From positions 33,976,001-34,040,000 of the forward strand of contig OZ024740.1 of assembly GCA_964016885.1 (NCBI GenBank): a stretch of 64,000 nucleotides of DNA, given 5' to 3'. Made by a program: the position numbers and the translations under genes. Below are positions 12,129 to 29,164 of this stretch, one piece after another. The notes under the pieces are model-generated. The model saw nothing but the letters and a program-made list of their open reading frames with translations. It ran no database searches and was not told the origin of the DNA. Numbering within the stretch: position 1 is the stretch's first letter; each line of letters starts with the position of its first letter. Origin of the DNA: Eledone cirrhosa (Eukaryota).

Positions 12129-15100
12129 TCATCATCATCATCGTTTAACGTCCCTGTTCCACGTTTGCATGGGTTTGGACGGGGGTTTTCCCACTTGAGG
12201 CAAGAGTGGTTGTCTTGCTCGCATAGGACTGTCTGGCGGGTTTTCTACAGCTGGATGCCCTTCCTAACACCAACCACATTTACAGTGTGGGACTGGGAGG
12301 TTTTTACCGTGTTGCCTACACGGCCACATTACAGCGTGGACTGTGTGTTTTTTGTCGTGACACCTACACGATCTCATTTGTTTTGGTCTGTATGTTGTGG
12401 CACCAACATAACTGCATTGAAGGGGGTGGTGTGGATGGGGTGGGACGGGGGTGTATTTTGTTAGAGATGCCTACTGACTAGTAGGTTTTACTTTGTATTT
12501 AGGTAAGGCGGGTCTTCTCTGTTACTGAGTACCGCCAAAGGTCTCGGTCCAGTGACATTGTCTTGGAGAGGTGTAAGTGTGTGAGGTCGGAATTTATCAG
12601 CTCGTCCCAGGTTTTCCTGGGTCTGCCTACTCCGTGGCTACCATCTATCTTTATTGCCCTGCACTTTGTTATACAGTTGTCGTCTTTCATGCGCATCACG
12701 TGACCATACCAACGTAGCCTTCTCTCGAGTAAACAACATCTAATCCCTCTTATTTCTAATTTTTTCCTTAGTTCGTTTATGCTTTGCCGTTCACGTATAT
12801 TACTATTACACATCCAGCGGAGCATGCAAGCTTCGTTCCTCTCTAGTCTGCGTATATCCTCTGCACACAATGCCCAGGTCTCACTGCCATGCAACATTGC
12901 TGTTCGTATGCAGGCATCATACAACCTGCCTTTCATTTTTAGGGAGAACCCTTTAGTGGCTAATAGTGGTATAAGCTCTCTGAACTTTTTCCATCCCGTT
13001 TTGACTCTAGCTACTGTACTTTCAGAGCACCCTCCCCCACTGCTGATTTTGTCACCCAGGTAATGGAAGCTGTCCACTATTTCTATAGAACCCTCTGCGC
13101 AATTGAAAGAGTTAGTATTTTGTGGGCACTTGCTGCTACTTATTGCACCAGAGCACTGGCCACATGTAAAATCTGTGTTCTTAGTTAGCTTACCTGTGAT
13201 CCCACTACATCTTTTATGCACCCATACTTTGCATTTGGGACATAAAATGGAGTTTCTACCTACGCCTTTCCTACACACTGAGCATGGCCATTTCCCGGAG
13301 GGGACCGGCGCCTTATTTTCTTTCCTACAAACTAGAACTTTAGTCTTAGCCAGGTTAATTTTGAGGCCTTTTGATTCTAGGCCGTGCTTCCATGTTTGGA
13401 ATTTTTTCTCTAGCTCGGCCATTGATTCAGCTATGAGCGTTAGATCATCTGCGTATAAGAGTTCCCATGGGCAACCAGTCTTGAACTCCTCTGTTATAGC
13501 CTGAAGGGCAATAATAAATAGTAGGGGGCTAAGAACAGAGCCCTGATGGACACCAACTTTTACGCTAAACTCTTCACTATATTCGTTGTTAATTCTAACC
13601 TTGCTGACTGTTTCTTTATACATGGCTTGTATGGCTCTCACAAGCCATTCGTCAACACCTAGTTTTCTAAGAGCTCACCAGATAATGGAACGAGGGACTC
13701 TGTCGAAGGCTTTCTCCAAGTCGACAAAAGCTAAGTATAGGGGTTTACTTTTAGCTAGGTATTTCTCCTGTAGTTGTCGTACACTGAAAAGAGCGTCTGT
13801 GGTACTTTTGCCTGAGACAAACCCGAACTGCATTTCATCTAGATCAATTCTCTCTCTGATTAGTTGCGCTATTACTTTTTCCGTGACCTGGTCGATTAAT
13901 TTAATGCCTCTATAGTTACTCCTATCTAGGGCGTCTCCTTTACCCTTGTAACAGTTAACGATGATGCTGCTACGCCAGTCCTTCGGAACAACCCCATTCT
14001 GTATGACTTGGTTTACTATCCGGGTGACCATGGTGTGTCCCACCGTACCGGAGGCTTTCAGCATCTCGGCAACTATTTCCGAAGGCCCAGCCGCCTTACC
14101 CGTCTTCATATCTTTGATTGCCTTACTTATTATACGACCTTCGACTAACACTGCTGGTCCCTCTATTGGGTCGATGTGGGGGAGACTGTCTTTCTCCCAT
14201 TTATTCTCCTCATTTAGTAGCCTTTCGTAGTGACACTTCCAAGCTACCTTCTTATCAGCGTCAGTGATGGCAAGTACGCCATCATCGTTAAGTACACACT
14301 TCTCCCCGACAATATCACGGTTTTCCTTGACACATTGCCTAGCAATCCTGAACACCTCACGTTTTTGGTCCTCACGTTGTAGAACATGCTTGAACTTTCT
14401 TTCCTCTGCTTCCCTTCTTGCGAAGTACACTTGTCTCCTAGCTTCCCTCCTGGCCACTTGATAGTCTTCTCTACTTCCCCCATCCCGCCATGCTTTCCAA
14501 GCCTGCTTTATGGCCTTGATTGACCCCTCCACTTTACTGTTCCATCACCATGTTACTCTCCTCCTGCCTACAGGCCTGCTCCAGCCACAGACTTCGTCTG
14601 CCGCCATCAGCAGGTTTGCTTTCAGGAATTCCCACTGTTCCTCTACCTTGTACGACTCTAATTGCTCTTCCTTACTGTCGAAAGCATCAAGTAATATGCT
14701 TTGAAATTTATTTCTGGCTGTGGGATCCTTTAGCTTCCATATTTTCCTCCTGAGGATAGTCCTCTTCTGCTGTCTAGTACGTCTCGTCCTGACTATGTGG
14801 TCGCTAATTATCAGTCTATGTTGGGAGGTGAATTCTTCATGGGGGAGGGATTTAGTGTTTACAACATACACTCTGTCACGTCTTCTGGTAAGGATATAAT
14901 CTACCTGGCTGGTATGTTCTCCTGATCTGTAGGTGATCAAGTGATTGTCTTGTTTTTTGAAGTTAGTGTTACAGATAGTTAGGTTGTTTGCATCACAGAA
15001 TTCCAGGATTCTGGAGCCTTCCTCGTTTCTAGTACCAAACCCATAGCCTCCGTGGATTCCGTCATAGCCGTCACAATGTTGTCCAACGTGACCATTTAGG

Positions 15101-15940
15101 TCGCTAGCAATAATTATATAGTCACTGTCGGTTATTTGGGAGGTAGTGAGCATCAGTGTCTCATAGAATCTGTCTTTTATAGCGCCAGGCGCGTATGCAG
15201 ATATTACTGTCACAGTAGTTCTGTTTAGAACAAGTCTTATTTTAATTATTCTGTCATTCACTCTATTTACATCTATTATCTTATCCACCCATTTTTCTGC
15301 TAACATGATTCCTACCCCACCTATCCCATTGTCATTCCCCACCCAGAAAAGCTTATAGCAACGTTTTTTACCCATAATGAATCTAGCAGACCCGTCCCTC
15401 CACCTGGTCTCTTCGATACAGCAAACATCAACCTCCTTACGTTCAAGCATTTCTACAACCTCGTTAGAGCGCCCTTTTAAGGTGCCTACGTTCATGGTAC
15501 CAACTCTGAAGTTTTGGATTGTGTTTGGAGGATGGGGCGCAGGGAGGGGTGAGGGGAATGAGTTTGGGGTTATGCTGGCCATCCGCGGCCGAAACAAAGA
15601 GGGGGGGCCTTGCCCCTTCGTCCGGCAGCATGAGGTGAATTTGTCGTTATCTTTGGCATTGTCATCGAGTGTCCAGATCCTTCAGACTCTCCAGAAATTC
15701 CTTAGTCCATCCATCATATTGAAAAGCAGCCAGTAGTGATAGCATAGGCCGTTGACTTGTGATTGGTCTAAATAGTAAAGGTGGAGAGTGGGGGCGGGAG
15801 GGAGGGATATGGGGGTAGTTAGCAATGAGGGAGATTATTTAGAACCAGCGTGGAGAAGATTAATTTAAAGCAAGGATAGCAACGATTGTAGATATATATG
15901 GATGAATGAACGAGGTTTTAAGGAGACAAGAAGAAAATGT
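12129..15940 (-). mobile_element. RTE LINE subfamily 'A', near full-length, inactivated
   Basis: ORFs 14545-15597 (APE), 13675-14532 and 12499-13641 (RT YADD, PHD-like finger, thumb) are separated by a stop and frameshifts. SINE-like 3' UTR and (GAT)n tail. The 5' boundary is approximate. Confidence 0.93.
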
Positions 15941-16056
15941 TCTATAATACATTACATTTTCGTAGAATCGACTGACCATTTAATAAGGGTTGACAAGTTC
16001 TGAGGTTTTGTCCCTCGTAACATTCTTATTTATATTAGGGAGTGAGAGATCGAATA

Positions 16057-16114
<58 letters not shown>

Positions 16115-16220
16115 TATATATATATATATATATGCATATATATATATATGCATATATATATATATATATATGCATATATATATATATATATATATGCATA
16201 TATATGCATATATATATATA

Positions 16221-16405
16221 TCATCATCATCATCATCATCAACGTTTAACGTCCGTGTTCCATGCTTGCATGGGTTTGGACGGGGGTAGTCCCACTTGAG
16301 GCAAGAGTGATTGTCTTGCTTGCATAGGACTGTCTGGCAGGTTTTCTACAGTTGGATGCCCTTCCTAACACCAACCACATTTACAGTGTGGGTCTGGGAG
16401 GTTTT
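16221..16405 (-). mobile_element. RTE-A 3' tail fragment between (TA)n tracts
   Basis: Near-identical to 16453-16638. Confidence 0.85.
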
Positions 16406-16452
16406 TATATATATATATATATGCATATATATATATGCATGTATATATATAT

Positions 16453-17192
16453 ATCATCATCATCATCATCATCAACGTTTAACGTCCGTGTTCCACGCTT
16501 GCATGGGTTTGGACGGGGGTAGTCCCACTTGAGGCAAGAGTGATTGTCTTGCTCGCATAGGACAGTCTGGCTGGTTTTCTACAGTTGGATGCCCTTCCTA
16601 ACACCAACCACATTTACAGTGTGGGTCTGGGAGGTTTTTACCGTGTTGCCTACACGGCCACATTACAGCGTGGACTGTGTGTTTTTTTGTCGTGACACCT
16701 ACACGATCTCATTTGTTTCGGCCTGGATGGCGCGGCACCAACATAACTTTACATAGAATGGGGTGGTGTGGATCGGGTGGGGGTGGTGGGACGGGGGTGT
16801 ATTTTGTTAGAGATGCCTACTGGCTGGAGTAGGTTTTACTATATATTTAGGTAAGGCGGGTCTTCTCTGTTACTGAGTACCGCCAAAGGTCTCGGTCCAG
16901 TGACATTGTCTTGGAGAGGTGTAAGTGTGTGATGTCGGAGTTTATCAGCTCGTCCCAGGTTTTTCTAGGTCTGCCTATTCCGTGACTACCGTCTATCTTT
17001 ATTGCCCTGCACTTTGTTATACAGCTATCGACTTTCATGCGCATCACGTGTCCATACCAACGTAGCCTTCTCTCGAGTAAACAACATCTGATCCCTCTTA
17101 TCTCTAATTTTTTCCTTAGTTCGTTTATGCTTTGCCGTTCACGTATATTACTGTTACACATCCAGCGGAGCTGGATGTGTAACAGTAATATA
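16453..17192 (-). mobile_element. 5'-truncated RTE-A copy ending in a 23-bp foldback hairpin
   Basis: ORF 16847-17161 (thumb, EKTRLT). TATATTACTGTTACACATCCAGC-GGA-GCTGGATGTGTAACAGTAATATA at the 5' junction. Confidence 0.9.
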
Positions 17193-17242
17193 TATATATA
17201 TATGCATGTATATCAGTAACATATATATATATATGCATGTAT

Positions 17243-20200
17243 ATCATCATCATCATCATCATCATTTTACGTCCGCTTTTCCCTGCTTGCAAGGGTGGGA
17301 CGGGTCTTATTCAGCACAGCATCTCTCCACTCGTCACGGTCCCTCGTCATCTCCATCGTGAGCTTCAATGATCTGAGGTCTGTTCTCACCACCTCCGCCC
17401 ATGTTTTTCGTGGTCTACCTCTACCACGTCTTCCTTCAACTGGCATTTCCTGGCACTTCTTCACCCATCGGTCATCCTCCATGCGCATCACATGTCCATA
17501 CCACCTCAGTCTCCTCTCCCGTACACTACATTCTATCCCTCTCAGACACAGTTTCTCTCTCAACACATTTATGCTGGGTCGTTCACGCACATTTACACTG
17601 CACATCCAACGGAGCATGCTTGCCTCATTTCTCTCCAGCCGTCTAATATCCTCTGTGGTTGCTGCCCATGTCTCACTACGATGCAGCATCGCGCTCCTCA
17701 CACAGGCATCATACAACCGGCCTTTTGTACGCAGAGAGAAACCCTTCTTCGTCAACAGAGGAAGCAGCTCCCTAAACTTCTTCCAACCCGTCCTTATTCT
17801 AGATACTATGGCCTCGGAACACCCTCCTCCCATGCTAATCTGATCTCCTAGGTACTGGAAGCTATCCACCACTTCTATAGCGCCCTCTCGCATTTGAAAA
17901 ATGTGTCTATCAGTGCGACTTCTACTGTCTAATTTCCCTGTACATCTACTGCATACATATTTCTCCCTACCTGTTAGTTTGCCTGCTATCCCACTACATC
18001 TCTTGTGTACCCAGGACCTGCATTGTGTGCATTTTATAGAATTTATGCCAGTTCCTTTTCTGCATATCGAACATGGCCATTTCCCTGACGGAATCAGGGT
18101 TTTGTCCTCTTTTCTACTCATCAACACTTTTGTCTTAGCTAGATTTACTCTCAGTCCTCTTGCTTCCAACTGCTGTTTCCATAGCCAGAATTTATTCTCT
18201 AGCTCCTCTACTGATTCTGCTATAAGAGCCAGATCGTCAGCATAGAGAAGTTCCCATGGACAGCCAGTCTTAAACTCCTCTGTTATGGCTTGGAGGACTA
18301 TAATGAACAAGAGCGGGCTGAGGACCGAACCCTGATGTACTCCTACTTGTATCTGGAATTCCTCACTAAACTCCATTCCTACCCTGACTTTACTGAGAGT
18401 ACCTCTGTACAAAGTTTGCACTGTCCTCACAAGCCATTCCTCAACACCTAGCTTCCTTAGGGACCACCAGATGACAGATCGGGGTACCCTATCAAAGGCC
18501 TTCTCTAGGTCAACAAAGGCTAAGTATAGTGGCTTATTCTTCTCTAAGAACCTATCTTGCATTTGTCTCACCAAGAAGAGGGCATCTGTTGTACTCTTCC
18601 CAGGCACAAAACCAAACTGCATCTCATCTAGTTTGACTCTTTCTCTAATTAGTTGTGCTAAAATCCTTTCTGCCACTTTCATAACCTGATCTATCAGTTT
18701 TATACCCCTATAATTGCTCCTCTCCAAAGCATCCCCTTTACCTTTGTAGCAATTTATGAGAATACTGCTGCACCAGTCTTTGGGTATGACACCACCATAT
18801 ATAGCCTGATTGATGATGCGTGCAACCAGTTTAGTGCCTACGTCCCCTGATGCCTTCAGCATCTCAGCAACTATACCCGATGGTCCGGCCGCCTTACCAT
18901 TTTTCATTTCCCTAATCGCCTCTTGGACCCTATATTCGTCAATCTCAATAGCTGGTCCCTCTGTCGGATCTACCAAGGGTAATTTCTCTCTCTCCCATTC
19001 GTTCTCCACATTCATCAGTCTCTCATAATGACATTTCTAGGCCTCCTTTTTCTGGTCATTCGTGACACTAAGTACACCGGCATCATCCCGGACACATTTA
19101 TCTCCAACAACATCCTGATTTGCATTGACACACTGCTTTGCAATGTGGAACACCGCACGCCTCTGATCTTCCCGTCGCAGAACATTGGCAAACCTCCTAC
19201 TCTCTGCCTCCCTGCGTGCTAAGTACACCTGACGTCTAGCTTCTCTCTTAGTGGCTGTACATTCTTCCCTACTCTCACCCTTTTTCCAAGCCTTCCATGC
19301 TAGTCTTTTGTCTCTAATAGCCTTATCTACTGTGCTGTTCCACCACCAGGTCACTCTCTGTCTGGTTGGAGCTCTGCTCCAGCCACAGGTTTCATCAGTA
19401 GCCTGCAGCAAGTTGTCACGTAAGAACTTCCAGTTATTATCTATGTCATACGTCTCTAAATCGTCTTCTTTTTCGTCATATACATCTTGAAGGGCTTTCC
19501 TAAATTTGTATTTTAGTGAAAGGTCTTTTAGCTTCCAGACCTTTCTTCTTCACACCTTCCTATATGTCTCATTCCATCTCTTGCTTACTAACAACTAACC
19601 TATGCTGTGGGGTACATTCTTCCTCAGGGTATGCCTTGGTATTAAACACTATCTGCCTGTCCTGCTGCCTAACTAGCAGGAAGTCAATCTGGCTTATGTG
19701 CTCACCAGATTTGTAGGTTATTAGGTGATTGGCAGGTTTCTGGAAGTTTGTGTTGCAAATAGTCAATGTACTCGCATCACAAAATTCAAGAAGTCTCACT
19801 CCTTCTTCATTTCTTGAACCGTAACCGTGCCCACCATGTACCCCAGTGTAACCATCCTGGAGCTGTCCAACATGACCATTGAAGTCTCCTGCTAGCATAA
19901 CGATGTCTCCGTCCTCTGTCATTGTGGTTGTTTGCAAAAGTTGCTCATAAAAGCAGTCTTTCTCATCTTTGCCTAGGCCTGCTTGGGGAGCATAGACCGA
20001 GATGATTGTCAGTAGTCTCCTACCTACAACTAATCTAAGCTTAATTATTCGATTACTAACTCGAACTACCTCTATTGTCTTATTGATCCATTTCTCAGCC
20101 AGGAAAATGCCTACTCCCCCTAACCCATCATCCTTACCTACCCAGAATAGCTTATAGCTAAGACGCTTGCCTACGACTAGTCTCGCAGAGGCACCTCTCC

Positions 20201-20330
20201 ATCTCACCTCTTGCACGCAGCACACATCCACCTGCCTTCTCTCCAGCATCTCCGCTATTTCAGCAGATCTACCTCTGAGAGTGCCAACATTAAGTGTTGC
20301 AACTCTGAGATGCGACGTCTTCATATTTTC
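17243..20330 (-). mobile_element. RTE LINE subfamily 'C', complete coding region with one stop and one frameshift
   Basis: ORFs 19569-20324 (APE), 19037-19411 and 17267-19015 (RT, PHD-like finger, ...KTRPTLASREKRT*). The (GAT)n tail directly follows the stop. Confidence 0.95.
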
Positions 20331-21438
20331 CTATGCTGTTTTGTTGCTGTGCTGATAAGCTTTTTGGCATTGATACACTGGTTGGATGCCCTTCCTAACA
20401 CCAGCGCCACTTTACAGCATGGACTGGGTGCTTTTATTTGTGCCACCAGCACTAGAGAGGATGTCTTACTAGACTCAAGGGCCCTCTCTACCCCTCCATT
20501 TTACAGCATGGTCATTAAAATAAAAAAAATAAAAAAAATAAAAAACTTATTGACACGACGCACACACAAACACTCACACACCGATACTCATGCATACAAA
20601 CCACAACCACACATACCAACACTCATTCATGCATACAATCATACACACCACTCACAAACATATATATATATATATATATATACATATATTACCGACAGTA
20701 CTGATACAAAATCAAAATCAAAATCGTCAAAATCACTATCATGTCAACTGTTGACCTTTCCCAGTCCAGTTCGGCTTGTATATAATAACAATAACAATAA
20801 TAATTGTTTGCGGTGGTGGATGGTGTCAGTGTGGTGGTGGTGGTGGTGGATGGTCAGTGATGGTGGTGGCAGTTGTTGGTGCTGTAGTTGTTATTGTAGT
20901 TGTTGTCGTTGTTGCTGTTGTTGTTGTCCTTCATTTCACTGCTGCTGTTGCTGCAGACAATGGTGTTGATGCTGTTATTGCTGTCGCATATATACAAATA
21001 CATACACACACACGCATTCAACACAGACGATGGTGTTGTTGCTGTTGTTGCTGTTGTTGTTGGTGTTGCTGCTGTTGTTGTTGTAGTTGTTGCTGTGTTG
21101 AAATCTGGTCGCATCCACTGAGATATACATATACACACACATACACATATGTATATACACATACATACATCAAAAGAGAGTCAGCAGTATGTCAACAGGG
21201 GACAGGACAGCGACCTTAGAGTAATGTGGTGATGGTGGGGAGCGAGTGTAGGCGTTATTGTTATTGTGGTGACGGGGGGGGGGGGGGTTGGTCAGTGAGA
21301 TGTTACAAGTTCATAGATCACTTCTCTCTTTTCCTCTCTCTTCAAAATTTTGAATTTATGGCCTTTTGCAATGGCGGACAAGTATATATAATATATATGA
21401 AGCAAAGAAAAGAACATTTTTTTTTACTGATATGAAAG

Positions 21439-21480
<42 letters not shown>

Positions 21481-21613
21481 ATATGCATGTATATATATAT
21501 ATGTATATATTATATATATATATATGCATGTATATATATATATATATATATATATGCATGTATATATATATATATATATATATGCATGTATATATATATA
21601 TATATATATATGC

Positions 21614-21738
<125 letters not shown>

Positions 21739-21818
21739 TATATATATATATATATATTGTTATACTTTGGGAGGGTCATGTTGCCAATTCAGAAACGAAA
21801 TATATATATATATATATA

Positions 21819-21854
<36 letters not shown>

Positions 21855-21866
21855 TATATATATATA

Positions 21867-21932
<66 letters not shown>

Positions 21933-21969
21933 TATATATATATATATATATATGCATATATATATATAT

Positions 21970-24882
<2,913 letters not shown>

Positions 24883-24897
24883 ATATATATATATATA

Positions 24898-24985
<88 letters not shown>

Positions 24986-25005
24986 TATATATGTATATAT
25001 ATATA

Positions 25006-25074
<69 letters not shown>

Positions 25075-25076
<2 letters not shown>

Positions 25077-28000
25077 TACCAAGCACCCACGTGAAGCGCC
25101 AACCCAGAGACCCTCCCCTACGAGTGTCGACAAATGCCCAAAACTCCGAGTTGGTACCATCAATGTAGGCTCAATGAAAGGAAGAGCAGGAGAAATCGTA
25201 GAAATGCTAGAGCGAAAGGAAGTTGATGTATGCTGTGTGCAAGAGACTAGATGGAGAGGAGGGTCTGCTAGAGTCCTTGTAGGAAAAAGCCAGTGCTACA
25301 AATTTTTCTGGGTGGGAAATGACGATGGGATGGGTGGTGTAGGTATACTATTAGCTGACAAGTGGGTAGATAAAGTAATCTCAGTGTACAGGGTAAATGC
25401 AAGAATCATTAAACTCAGACTAGTCCTGAATAAGACAATTACCACAATAATATCAGCTTACGCACCCCAATCGGGGCTGCCAGACGAACTTAAGGATAGG
25501 TTTTACGAGTCCCTAATACACACTACTGCTCTAACAGACGACAAGGACTTCCTAATCATTGCAGGAGATTTTAACGGACACGTAGGTAAACACTGCGACG
25601 GCTTCAATAGAGTACATGGAGGCCATGGAGTTGGCACAAGGAATGAGGAAGGATTCAGACTTCTAGAATTCTGCGACGCCAATGACATGTCGATATGTAA
25701 CACAAACTTTAAAAAACCCGACAACCACCTGATCACCTATAGATCAGGGGAGCACTCTAGTCAGTTAGATTTTATTCTCATCAGAGGACGTGACAGATGG
25801 ACGGTCGTAAACACAAAAGCCTTCCCTAGTGAGGAATGTACATCCCAACATAGCTTAGTTGTCAGCGACCTCACGGTCAGAACTAGACGAGCCCTGAAAC
25901 AGAGGCCAACCTGGAGAAGAAAGATCTGGAAGCTGAAAGTCCCCTCAACCAGTAACAGATTTAAAGATATTTTACTCAACGCCTACGACAGTAAAGAAGA
26001 ACAGATAGAGACATTTAACGTAGAAGAGAACTGGGAGTTCCTAAAAAATAACTTACTAGAGGCGACGGATGAGGTTTGTGGCTGGAGTAAGACCTCAAGC
26101 AGGAGGAGAGTGACTTGGTGGTGGAACAATAAGGTAGATGAAGCAGTCAAGGCCAAGAGACAGGCATGGAAAGAATGGAAGAACGGGGGGAGCAGGGTAC
26201 ATTACATAGAGACCAAGAGGGAAGCTAGGCGACAAGTATACTTAGCTAGGAGGGAAGCAGAGGATAGAAAATTCAAGCATGTTTTACAACGTGAGGACCA
26301 GAAACAGGAGGTATTCAAGATTGCGAGGCAGTGTGTCAGAGATAGTTGTGATGTCATTGGAGAGAAGTGTATCCGGAATGATAAAGGTGAGCTTGCCCTC
26401 ACAAGTGCTGAGAAGAAAGATGCATGGAAGAGTCATTATGATAGATTACTAAATGAGGAGAATGCATGGGAAGAAGAGACCCTACCCCACGTAGACCCTA
26501 TAGAGGGACCAGCAGTACAAGTCAGCGGCAGCGTAGTAAGTAAGGCAATCAGAGATATGAAGATAGGGAAGGCAACCGGTCCATCGGGTATAGCTGCCGA
26601 GATGCTGAAGGCATCTGGGTCTGTAGGTCACACTATAACCACACGTATCGTTAACCAGGTAATACTAGAGGGGGCCATACCAAAAGATTGGTGCAGTAGC
26701 ATCATTGTCAACTGCTACAAAGGTAAAGGCGATGCACTAGATAGAGGAAACTATAGAGGTATAAAGTTGATGGACCAGGTCATGAAAGTAACAGAAAGAG
26801 TTATAGCACAGCTGATTAGGGACCGGGTGAATATAGACGAGATGCAATTTGGGTTTGTTCCAGGGAAAGGCACCACTGATGCGCTCTTCCTTGTGAGGCA
26901 ATTACAGGAAAAGTACCTAGCTAAAAGTAAGCCACTCTACTTGGCATTTGTCGACCTTGAGAAAGCCTTTGACAGAGTTCCACGTGCAGTAATCTGGTGG
27001 GCTCTTAGAAAACTAGGAGTAGATGAATGGCTTGTGAAAGCGGTACAAGCCATGTATAGGGGAGCAGTCAGCAAAGTTAGGATTGGCAATGAGTATAGCG
27101 AGGAATTTAGCGTACAGGTTGGGGTCCACCAGGGCTCTGTTCTTAGCCCTCTCCTGTTCATCATAGTCCTGCAGGCAATAACGGAGGAGTTTAAGACCGG
27201 ATGCCCATGGGAACTCCTGTATGCTGATGACCTCGCACTCATAGCTGAATCTATGGTAGAACTAGAGAATAAATTCCAAACCTGGAAGCAGGGACTAGAG
27301 AGAAAGGGCCTCAAAGTCAACATGACAAAGACTAAGGTCCTTATAAGTAGACGAGAAAACAGAACCCAGATCCCCTCAGGGAAATGGCCTTGCTCAGTAT
27401 GTAGGAAAGGTGTAGGTAGGAACTCCATTCTTTGCCCCAAATGCAAACAATGGGTACACAAGAGATGTAGCGGGATCTCAGGAAGCTTAATTAAGAATGT
27501 AGGATTCACATGCAGCAGCTGTGCTGAAACAGCAAGCAAACAGCCACAGGAAACAAGTACCACCAATCTCTGGGAGGGCCCTGTAGAAACAGTAGACAGC
27601 TTCTGCTACCTAGGTGACCGAATTAGCAACGGAGGTGGGTGCTCAGAAAGTACAATAACTAGGGTAAGAACGGGATGGAAGAAGTTTAGGGAACTACTAC
27701 CACTGCTAGCTGCAAAAGGCTTCTCCCTCAGAATGAAAGGCAGACTGTATGATGCGTGTATCCGAACAGCGATGTTGCATGGTAGTGAGACCTGGGCGCT
27801 GAAGGTGGAAGACTTACGTAGATTAGAGAGAAACGAAGCCTGCATGCTCCGATGGATGTGTAACAGTAATATACGTGAACGACAAAGCATAAATGAATTG
27901 AGAGAGAGACTGAGCATAAGAGGAATCAAATGCTGCGTGCAGGAGAGGCGGTTACGCTGGTATGGACATGTGATGCGTATGAAGGATGACAGCTGCATAA

Positions 28001-28498
28001 AAAGGTGCAGAGCACTAGAAGTTGATGGAAACCGCGGAGTGGGGAGACCCAAGATGACTTGGGATGAGGTGATAAAAGCCGACCTTACCCAACTACACCT
28101 CTCAAAGTCAATGACACACGACCGTGACTTCTGGCGTCACGCAGTAATACAGGGTACCCGACCTCCCATGGGTACATGCTGAAGCATATAAACAATATGC
28201 CCCCCCCCCCCCCCCCCCCCCCACCGCAAGGTGGTCGTGGAGGTGCCACGGCAAAAAAGCACCCAGCCCACACTGTAAAGTGGACGTGTAGGCGCCACGA
28301 AAAAGCACCCAGCACTCACTGTAAATGAGGTTGGTGTTAGGAAGGGCATCCAGCTGTAGAAATCAAGCCAGATCAGTTCCTGTATGAGCAAGGCATGGTC
28401 AGCCGACCAGACACTGCCCACAACAGGACAACCCGTCTAACCCATGCTAGCGTGGAAGAACGGACGTAAAACGGTGATGATGATGATGATGATGATGA
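25075..28498 (+). mobile_element. RTE LINE subfamily 'B' with uninterrupted APE-RT ORF (to 28182), 3' UTR and (GAT)n tail
   Basis: About 1035 codons without a stop: APE motifs ([24 protein letters not shown]), RT (QGSVLSP, YADD), C4HC3 finger, RLRWYGHV thumb. The 5' end abuts (TA)n. Confidence 0.96.
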
Positions 28499-28499
28499 T

Positions 28500-28500
28500 A

Positions 28501-28542
<42 letters not shown>

Positions 28543-28568
28543 TATATATATATATGTATATATATATA

Positions 28569-28616
<48 letters not shown>

Positions 28617-28636
28617 TATATATATATATATATATA

Positions 28637-28677
<41 letters not shown>

Positions 28678-28768
28678 CGTTTCTGAATTGGCAACATGAC
28701 CCTCCCAAAGTATAACAATATATATATATATATATATGCATATATATATATGCATATATATATATATA

Positions 28769-28809
<41 letters not shown>

Positions 28810-28887
28810 GCATATATATATATATATATATACATGCATATATATATATATACATGCATATATACATATATATATATACATGCATAT

Positions 28888-28929
<42 letters not shown>

Positions 28930-29028
28930 CTTTCATATCAGTGAAAAAAAATGTTCTTTTCTTTGCTTCATATATATATATTATATATACTTGTCCGCCA
29001 TTGCAAAAGGCCATAAATTCAAAATTTT
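28500..29028 (-). repeat. Inverted duplicate of 21344-21970
   Basis: Unique blocks AAAATTTTGAATTTATGGCC...GAAAGATT and TTGTTATACTTTGGGAGGGTCATG...GAAACGAAA, plus the interrupted TA tracts, recur in reverse complement. Confidence 0.92.
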
Positions 29029-29128
29029 CTAAGAGCCCACCAGATTACAGCACGTGGAACTCTGTCAAAGGCTTTCTCGAGATCTCGACCTATATATTAG
29101 GTTAACGCTTGATATAGCAGGAAGAGGG

Positions 29129-29164
29129 TCTTAACGTTTCGGACGCTAGTCCTTCATCAGAAGA
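29129..29164 (-). ncRNA. Minimal hammerhead ribozyme (Penelope-type)
   Basis: Minus strand reads TCTT-CTGATGA-A-GGAC-TAGC-GTCC-GAAAC-GTT-AAGA: stem I TCTT/AAGA, stem II GGAC/GTCC, palindromic ACGT stem III. Confidence 0.72.

Noticed and set aside
12779-18689. Recurrent antisense ORFs over RTE copies (e.g. [13 protein letters not shown]..., MKELV...)
   Set aside because: Shadow ORFs of the RT coding strand, repeated only because the element is repeated.
20776-21219. Cys-rich, Val-rich or Thr/Asn-rich ORFs
   Set aside because: Translations of (GTT/GCT/GGT)n simple repeats.
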